A DNA stretch of 64,000 bases, taken from positions 288,001 through 352,000 of the forward strand of contig OZ245002.1 of assembly GCA_965223415.1 (NCBI GenBank), read 5' to 3'. The position numbers and the translations under genes are program-made. The notes beneath the pieces are model-generated. The model saw only the letters and a program-made list of their open reading frames with translations, made no database searches and was not told the origin of the DNA. Below, one piece after another: positions 57,820-64,000 of this stretch. Numbering within the stretch: position 1 is the stretch's first letter; the number at the start of each line of letters is the position of its first letter. Source of the stretch: Myxococcota bacterium. Lineage in GTDB: Bacteria; Myxococcota_A; UBA9160; UBA6930.

Positions 57820-60800
57820 CTAGTGGAAGAGCACCGGTCCGCTGCTGATCACCGCCGTACAGGCCGCCTTGACCACGCTCTGGGTGTGCTCCCGGTCGCA
57901 GGCAGCCGGGCTCGTGCACTCCGTCGTCAGGTCGTCGATGAGCTGCACCAGGTGGGGTCGCGTCTGTGCGGTGTCCGGCTGGTCGGCCAGCCCGGTGCCG
58001 TAGAAGCGCTCCACCAGCCGATCCGCGATCAGCTGCTTGGCGCTCGGGTCCTGGAAGGCCGTGAACGTGTCGGCGCCGAACCTGAACCCGGTGCCGAACA
58101 GGTTCTCCCGGAGCGTCCTGCTCTCGACCATCCGGTCGCAGTATTCGATGCCCAGCTTGAAGGCACCGACCTGGTGCGCCGACACGAAGCCGCGGAGATC
58201 GTTGCTCCCCGGCAGCTGCTGGGTGAGGCCCTCGAAGGTGCGCTCCACGCTGCCGGTGTCCTTCGGAACGCCCGTCAGCACCGACATGGTGTCGTTGATC
58301 TGGTCGAAGTTCCGCAGGCCCGTCTCCGGACTCACCTCGGTCGTGAAGCCGCCGGGCACCACCGGTGCGTCGTTGTCGATCACGACGTCGGTGTTGTCCC
58401 CGAGGACCTCGAAGGCGATCGAGAAGACGTCGTTCGCCGGACCCTGATCCTTCGCGATCACCGAACCCAGGCTCGAGAGCGCCTGCGGCGACTGGCTCGC
58501 GACCGTGTCGATGGAGCGGAACGCCTGTCCCGCCACCGGCACCTGGCCGTTCACCATGATGCGGAGGTTCCGGATCGCGATCCCCGCACCCGTCGGGCCC
58601 ACGTAGGTGGGATGGCTGAACAGGTAGCTGAAGGGATCGTAGTCGCTGACCGTCATCTCGATCACACTGCCGGCCTGGCCCGTCCACTGGGAGACGTCGA
58701 AGCGCAGCAGGAACCGCTCCTCGAAGCCTGCCAGGGCGTGGCTCAGGATCTCCGCCGGCGTGAGGGCCCGCTCGTGGATGGCGGCGAAGTACACCTTGCC
58801 CTTCCACAGGCGGTTGTTCGTGAGCTCGTTGCCGATCGCGAACCGGTAGCTCGGGTTCCAGTTGTCGAGCGTGCCGCCGCCGTTGCGGTCGACATCGTCG
58901 GTCCACACGCCGTTCACGTAGACCCGGCGACCGTTGGTCTGGTCGAAGGTCATCACGACGTGCTGGAGCTCGGTCGCGAGATCCCGATCGTCGTCGTCCG
59001 TGTAGAGCGTCGGCGTACCATTACTGCTGATGCCCGATGCCCGGCTGCGGTTGCGCGCCGCGTACTGGTAGTTCTGCTGCCCGAGCATGAAGTTCCGGTT
59101 GTAGGGATCCACCGAGTAGGTGAGGATCCGCGCCGGACCTCGCTGGTCGATCTTCTCGGGGAAGACCCACGCTTCGATCGAGTACTCCTGGGTCCCGGTC
59201 GTCGGGTCTGCCAGCTCGTCGTAGAGCTTGCGGCTCAGCATCTGGCTGGCAACCGCCCGCCCGCTCTTGATCTCGATGCCGCCACCACCGAGCCAGTCGA
59301 CACCAGCCAGGCTGAGGTCGAGGGCGGGCATCACGCCACTGGTGTCGCGGGCGATGTTGCCGGTGCCTTCCTTGAACTCCCAGCGCGCGATCACCGCGTC
59401 GTCGTAGCGGAGGTTGCCGCCCCCCTCGACGCCGTCGGCCATCGTCTGCTGGCCGCTGGTGACGCTCTGCTGTCCGCCGCCGTTGCCGGTGTTGCCCACC
59501 AGCACGGCCCACATGGCGATGGCCGCCCGCATGGTCTCGGCGTCGTCGGCACAGTCACCCCAGCAGAAGTGGCCGTCTGCCAGGCGCTGGACCAGCCGCG
59601 AGGCATAGGGCTGGGTGAGGTTCACCTTCTGGGTGAGGTAGGTCGCGCGATAGGCGCTGGTCGGGTCCGGATGGGCGATGTCCGGCCGCCCGATCCCCGT
59701 GCTGCCGTCGTGGCAGCTCGCGCAGTACTGCGTGTTGAGGGGGTGCACGGTCTGGCTGAAGGCGTCGATCATGGCCTGCTCGACCGGATCCACACCACCC
59801 CCGGAGCCGCCGCCGGTGTTCCCACCACCCGTGTTGCCGCCGCCGGCGTTCCCACCGCCCGTGTTGCCGCTGCCGGAGCCGCTGCCGGAACCGGAGCCGC
59901 CTCCGGTTCCGCCGTTGCCGCCCACGGCTCCGCCGTTGCCACCGCTGGCCGTCGGGCCCGGGGGCGGGAAGCTCACCGGGTCCGGGCAGAGCTGTCGCAT
60001 GCCGCGCTTGCCCTTGCGCTTCCTCTGCACCGGGATCGGGTCCGAGAACTGGTTGGCCGCCGCGAGGCGCACGAAGCAGGGAACCGCCGCCGGCCGGATG
60101 TCGGTCCAGCTGAAGCGGCCCGAGGCGTCGGCGGTCACGGTCTGCAGCAGGGCGTCCGTTTCGGCGTCGCGGATCTCGACGTCCTGATTGGCGAGCGCAT
60201 GGTCGCCGACGACCATCAGGTCGTGGCGCTTTCGCTTCATCCGCTTGAGCACCGCCGAGCCCTGCAGGAGGGTCGGACTGCCGTTGCCGCACTGGAGCAC
60301 CGAATTGGTCACCGGGGTGCGCAGGCCGAGGTTGGCTCCGCTCCGCACCTGCACCTCACAGGGTGCCTGGATCGGCAGGAGGCACTCGCGAATGACCCGG
60401 CGCCGCTTCTTCCCGCGGCGTCGCTTGATCGTGCGGCACTGGCCGGTCGTGAAGGTGCCGTCTGCGGCCGCGATGACGGTGCCGACCACGAGCCCCGTGT
60501 CGGCGTCGATGATCTCGACGGTCGAGCCCGCCGAGGCACCGGCTCCGGTCACGACGAGTTGGCCCTTCCAGGTGTCCCACCAGGTCGCGTCGGAGATCCC
60601 GAAGCCGCTGGCAACTCCCTGGATCGCGATCTTCACGGTCTCCTGGTCCGACATCGCCGGGATGCCGTCGTCGGTGACGGTGAAGGTGACGACCACGCTG
60701 CCCGTGTTCGTGGCACCCGGCGTCCAGCTGAACATCGAGGTGCCGTCACCGTTGTCGGTGAAGCTCGCGCCCGCCGGAACGCCGGAGGCCGTGAAGCCGA

Positions 60801-62934
60801 GGCCGTTGCCGTCCACGTCCGTGGCCAATACCGAGAAGCTCAGGGTCTGACCGGGCAAGACCGTGCGGTCGCCGACCATCACGATCGTGGGCGCGTTGTT
60901 CACCAGACCGACGGCGACGGTCACCGTCTCCGAGGCGGTCTGGACGGGGCTGCCGGCATCGGTGGCCGTGATGGTCATCGTGTGACTTCCGACGTCCGCC
61001 GCACCCGGGGTCCAGCTGAAGTTGCCCGTGCCGTCCCCATTGTCCACGAAGCTCGAGCCAGCCGGGGCGCCGCTCACCGCGCAGGAGACGGCGTCGCCGT
61101 CGGGATCGGTGGCGCTCACCTGGAAGGCGACCAGCTGGTTCGTGTTGGCCGCGTGATTGCCGATCGGAGCCACCGTCGGCGGGCGGTTCACGTCGCCCAC
61201 CGTGATCGTCAGGGTCTCCTGATCCTGGGCGACGGGAGCGCCGTCGTCGGTGGCCGAGATCGTGATGGCGTAGTTCCCGGCCTCGCCGAAGCCCGGGGTC
61301 CAGGCCAGGGTGCCGGTGCCGTCGCCGTTGTCCTGGAGCGCGGCGCCCAGCGGGGCGTTGGCGAGCTGGAGGACGAGCCCGTTTCCGTCCGGATCGGTGG
61401 CGCTCACCGCGAACTGCAGGAGCTCGCCCTCGTTCACCGAACGGTCTCCGATGGCCGCGAGCACCGGCGGACGGTTGACGTCGCCCACGGTGATCGTGAT
61501 GGATTCGGTGGCGTTCAGGACCGGCGTTCCGCCGTCCATCGCGGTGAAGCTCACCACGTGGTTGCCGCTCTGGGCGAAACCCGGCGTCCAGGCGAAGCTT
61601 CCGGTGCCGTTGCCCGCGTCCGTGAAGGTCGCGCCCTGGGGCAGCCCGGAGGCCTGGAGCGTCAGCGCGTCGCCGTCCGGATCGCTCGCCATCACGGTGA
61701 GCTGGAGGGCGACGCCCTCGTTCACCGTCTGGTTGCCGATCGGCGTGAGGAGCGGCGCCCGATTCACGTCGCCCACCGAGATCGTGATGGTCTCGGAAGC
61801 GGTGGCCGGCGGTGCGCCGTCGTCGGTGGCGCTGAAGGTCACGTCGAAGTTGCCCGTCTGGCCGAAGCCCGGCGTCCAGCTGAAGCTGGCGGTGCCGTCG
61901 CCGTTGTCGGCGAAGGCGGCGCCGGAAGCCAGATTCGCAGCAGCGAGGCTCAGGCCGTCGCCGTCCGGATCGCTCGCCGAGATGGTCAGGGCCAGCGTGT
62001 CGCCTTCGTTCACGCCCTGGTTGCCGATGGGCACGAGCGCCGGCGGGCGGTTCACGTCGCCCACGGTGATCGTGATCGACTCCGCGTCCGAAAGCGGGGG
62101 AGTGCCGTTGTCCGCGGCAGTGAAGTTGACGGAGAAGCTGCCGGCCTGGTCGAAGGCGGGCGTCCACGAGAAGGCCGCAGTGCCGTTGCCGGCATCGTTG
62201 AAGCTGGCGCCCGTCGGGAGGTTGCCGGCGGTCAGCGTGAGCGGGTCACCGTCCGGGTCGCTGGCAGAGAGGGTGAGGGAGAGCGTGCCGCCCTCGTTCA
62301 CGCTCTGGTTGCCGATCGGAGCCAGGACCGGTGCCTGGTTCGCGTTGAAGATCGTGATCGACACGGTCTCCATGGCGGTGCCGGAGCCATCGCTCACACT
62401 GAAGGTGACGCTGTAGATGTTCGCTTGTCCCACGGCGGGGGTCCAGGCGAAGGAGCCCGTGCCGTCGCCGTTGTCGGTGAAGCTCGCGCCGCTCGGAAGC
62501 GGCGTGGCGGTGAGACTGAGGGTGTCGCCGGCATCCGGATCCGTCGCCGTGACCGTGAAGGCCAGGGCCTGGCCCTCGGTGCCCATCTTGGCGCCGATGG
62601 CGGCCAGCACCGGCGGCTGGTTGGCGGCGGGACAGAAGAAGCCGTAGTTGCCCGCATCCCAGGCTGCGGATTCGGCGGCTCGCGCGTTGCCGGAGTTCGG
62701 CAGCACGGCGGGGAAGCTGCTGTCGTGGCACAGGGTGCACTCGACGAAGAACACGGCGGGGTCGATGAGGTCCGCGTACGGGGTGCCGCGGCCCTGACCG
62801 GAGCAGAAGGCGTCCACGGTGGGGCCGAAATCGGAGGAAGCCTGCGCGCCGTCGGCAGTGCCGAAGGACAAGGCCAGGGCCAGGCCCAGCAGGGCCGTGC
62901 CGATGCGGCGGCGGAGGAAGGGGAAGCGCGTCAT
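57820..62934 (-). CDS. Large secreted protein: CxxCH, 7 Ig/cadherin-like repeats, CxxCH cytochrome domain, LamG, C-terminal domain
   Basis: Signal peptide; CTLCH 62725-62739; CASCH 59710-59724; LamG motifs YSIEAW, HVVMTF, VYVNG, IGNE, HERALT; GAGGT RBS. Confidence 0.85.
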   Translation of the reverse strand: MTRFPFLRRRIGTALLGLALALSFGTADGAQASSDFGPTVDAFCSGQGRGTPYADLIDPAVFFVECTLCHDSSFPAVLPNSGNARAAESAAWDAGNYGFFCPAANQPPVLAAIGAKMGTEGQALAFTVTATDPDAGDTLSLTATPLPSGASFTDNGDGTGSFAWTPAVGQANIYSVTFSVSDGSGTAMETVSITIFNANQAPVLAPIGNQSVNEGGTLSLTLSASDPDGDPLTLTAGNLPTGASFNDAGNGTAAFSWTPAFDQAGSFSVNFTAADNGTPPLSDAESITITVGDVNRPPALVPIGNQGVNEGDTLALTISASDPDGDGLSLAAANLASGAAFADNGDGTASFSWTPGFGQTGNFDVTFSATDDGAPPATASETITISVGDVNRAPLLTPIGNQTVNEGVALQLTVMASDPDGDALTLQASGLPQGATFTDAGNGTGSFAWTPGFAQSGNHVVSFTAMDGGTPVLNATESITITVGDVNRPPVLAAIGDRSVNEGELLQFAVSATDPDGNGLVLQLANAPLGAALQDNGDGTGTLAWTPGFGEAGNYAITISATDDGAPVAQDQETLTITVGDVNRPPTVAPIGNHAANTNQLVAFQVSATDPDGDAVSCAVSGAPAGSSFVDNGDGTGNFSWTPGAADVGSHTMTITATDAGSPVQTASETVTVAVGLVNNAPTIVMVGDRTVLPGQTLSFSVLATDVDGNGLGFTASGVPAGASFTDNGDGTSMFSWTPGATNTGSVVVTFTVTDDGIPAMSDQETVKIAIQGVASGFGISDATWWDTWKGQLVVTGAGASAGSTVEIIDADTGLVVGTVIAAADGTFTTGQCRTIKRRRGKKRRRVIRECLLPIQAPCEVQVRSGANLGLRTPVTNSVLQCGNGSPTLLQGSAVLKRMKRKRHDLMVVGDHALANQDVEIRDAETDALLQTVTADASGRFSWTDIRPAAVPCFVRLAAANQFSDPIPVQRKRKGKRGMRQLCPDPVSFPPPGPTASGGNGGAVGGNGGTGGGSGSGSGSGSGNTGGGNAGGGNTGGGNTGGGSGGGVDPVEQAMIDAFSQTVHPLNTQYCASCHDGSTGIGRPDIAHPDPTSAYRATYLTQKVNLTQPYASRLVQRLADGHFCWGDCADDAETMRAAIAMWAVLVGNTGNGGGQQSVTSGQQTMADGVEGGGNLRYDDAVIARWEFKEGTGNIARDTSGVMPALDLSLAGVDWLGGGGIEIKSGRAVASQMLSRKLYDELADPTTGTQEYSIEAWVFPEKIDQRGPARILTYSVDPYNRNFMLGQQNYQYAARNRSRASGISSNGTPTLYTDDDDRDLATELQHVVMTFDQTNGRRVYVNGVWTDDVDRNGGGTLDNWNPSYRFAIGNELTNNRLWKGKVYFAAIHERALTPAEILSHALAGFEERFLLRFDVSQWTGQAGSVIEMTVSDYDPFSYLFSHPTYVGPTGAGIAIRNLRIMVNGQVPVAGQAFRSIDTVASQSPQALSSLGSVIAKDQGPANDVFSIAFEVLGDNTDVVIDNDAPVVPGGFTTEVSPETGLRNFDQINDTMSVLTGVPKDTGSVERTFEGLTQQLPGSNDLRGFVSAHQVGAFKLGIEYCDRMVESRTLRENLFGTGFRFGADTFTAFQDPSAKQLIADRLVERFYGTGLADQPDTAQTRPHLVQLIDDLTTECTSPAACDREHTQSVVKAACTAVISSGPVLFH
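60613..62622 (-). repeat. Seven ~96-aa Ig-like (He_PIG/cadherin-like) repeats
   Basis: Each unit: N..P....IG....EG..L......DPDG..L......P.GA.F.DNGDGT..F.WTP......TD.G......E...I.V. Confidence 0.9.
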
Positions 62935-62995
62935 GTGGGACCTCGTGTGGTCGAGGGTTCGCGTCGGAGGCTTGCAGCGGGCTCGGCTGGGTCGA

Positions 62996-64000
62996 TCAAT
63001 CACCCATGCACCAGGTGGCGACCTCGGCGAAAACGCGCCTCATGCTGCGACCGCCCGTCTCGAAGACGTCGGCGATGCGCTCCACCTCGTCCCGATCCTC
63101 TTGCGAGCTCACGGGACGGAGGCAGAGTTGGCTGAAGACCTTCTCCACCTGGCAGACGGCGAACTGCCGACTGCCGGCCAGCTCCTGGCCGAGACTCTTG
63201 GGTCCCCTCCCCTCTCCCGTACCGGCTCCCCATCCGACCGCGGCGTTCGGTCCGTGACGCCAGTAGTTCGTCCAGCTGTCGTCCGGCGTGACGTAGCCGA
63301 ACGGGAAGCTGCTGGCGTTGACGAAGTACTTGGCCTGCACCTCGCCCGGCGTGTAGACGACCCGCCCCGCGTCGGCGTCCCACTCGAAGTAGGCGAATGC
63401 CTGGGCGAGCGGATCCATGCCGGTGTGACAGCCGGAGCAGTTGTTCAGGAAGACAGAGCTGTCGCCGCCGGGCGAGCGCGAGATGTCCTGGCGGATGCGG
63501 TCCGTCGGACGGGTCGTGTCCTTCAGGCCCTCGAGATCCGTGCACAGGAAGTTCATCGCAGCGAAGCGGAGCATTCGTCGGTTGGTGCCGGCCCGGAAGA
63601 AGGCCTCGCCGGCGGCGCGGGTGGTCATCACGCCGGCGGTCGCCGAGCTCGGCAGCTGGGAGCCGGGAAGGCCTGACTGGGACACCGCCATCAGCACGCC
63701 GGGATTCGACAGGTCGGCGCCGGAACCCTCGAGGGCTTCGTAGTGGCGGTTGTCGTCGTGGGCGTAGGGAACCTCGACGACGCCAGGGGACCCGATGTAG
63801 ACCATGTCCGCGGAGAGCACCCGGTCGAAGGGCACCTCGTCCCGGATCATCCCGATCGCCGTGGCGGAGTAGTCGTTGAGCGGCGCGAAGACCGTCTGCG
63901 CCTCGTTCGTCCAGGGCGTGACGAAGTTCTTCAGCGTCGAGGAGTAGAAGAGCGGATTCTCCATCGCGCGATAGGCGGCCTGTGCGGGCTGGCCCGCCTG
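62996..64000 (-). CDS. Mono-heme CxxCH protein (DUF1585/1588-like), 5' end outside window
   Basis: CSGCH 63425-63439; AGVMTTRA, GTNRR, MDPL; frame open to the window edge. Confidence 0.75.
   Translation of the reverse strand, partial: QAGQPAQAAYRAMENPLFYSSTLKNFVTPWTNEAQTVFAPLNDYSATAIGMIRDEVPFDRVLSADMVYIGSPGVVEVPYAHDDNRHYEALEGSGADLSNPGVLMAVSQSGLPGSQLPSSATAGVMTTRAAGEAFFRAGTNRRMLRFAAMNFLCTDLEGLKDTTRPTDRIRQDISRSPGGDSSVFLNNCSGCHTGMDPLAQAFAYFEWDADAGRVVYTPGEVQAKYFVNASSFPFGYVTPDDSWTNYWRHGPNAAVGWGAGTGEGRGPKSLGQELAGSRQFAVCQVEKVFSQLCLRPVSSQEDRDEVERIADVFETGGRSMRRVFAEVATWCMGD

Noticed and set aside
57514..63135. 1873-aa plus-strand ORF
   Set aside because: Antisense shadow of the heme/Ig/LamG gene; stop-poor because of GC3 bias; no motifs.

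Overview
This 64-kb window is gene-dense, very GC-rich chromosomal DNA. Its gene content (many SDRs, amidohydrolase, P450, thiolase-like protein, acyl-CoA thioesterases, PilZ, HDOD, PEP-CTERM protein) suggests a lipid/sterol-degrading Myxococcota- or deltaproteobacteria-like organism; that placement is inference. I support about 59 CDSs and see no rRNA, tRNA, CRISPR array, integrase or transposase. Product calls come from motif recognition only; no database searches were run. Main points of interest: (1) at the right end, an uncharacterised three-gene exported system: a CxxCH protein, a 1,704-aa protein with heme / 7 Ig-like repeats / heme / LamG, and a Tat-exported protein; (2) a family of REP/REPIN-like intergenic palindromes with core GGGACGTTC(C/T)TT, including perfect 73- and 74-bp palindromes; (3) an orphan OPX-PCP-BY-kinase module whose kinase motifs are degenerate; (4) an AmmeMemoRadiSAM locus with an AmrB-AmrA fusion and a symmetric back-to-back promoter; (5) a coupled GCS2 ligase plus M14 deacylase pair; (6) a secreted protein with a 36-bp coding VNTR; (7) a repeated leaderless-mRNA promoter signature; (8) a 28-bp tandem duplication of a gene 3' end.
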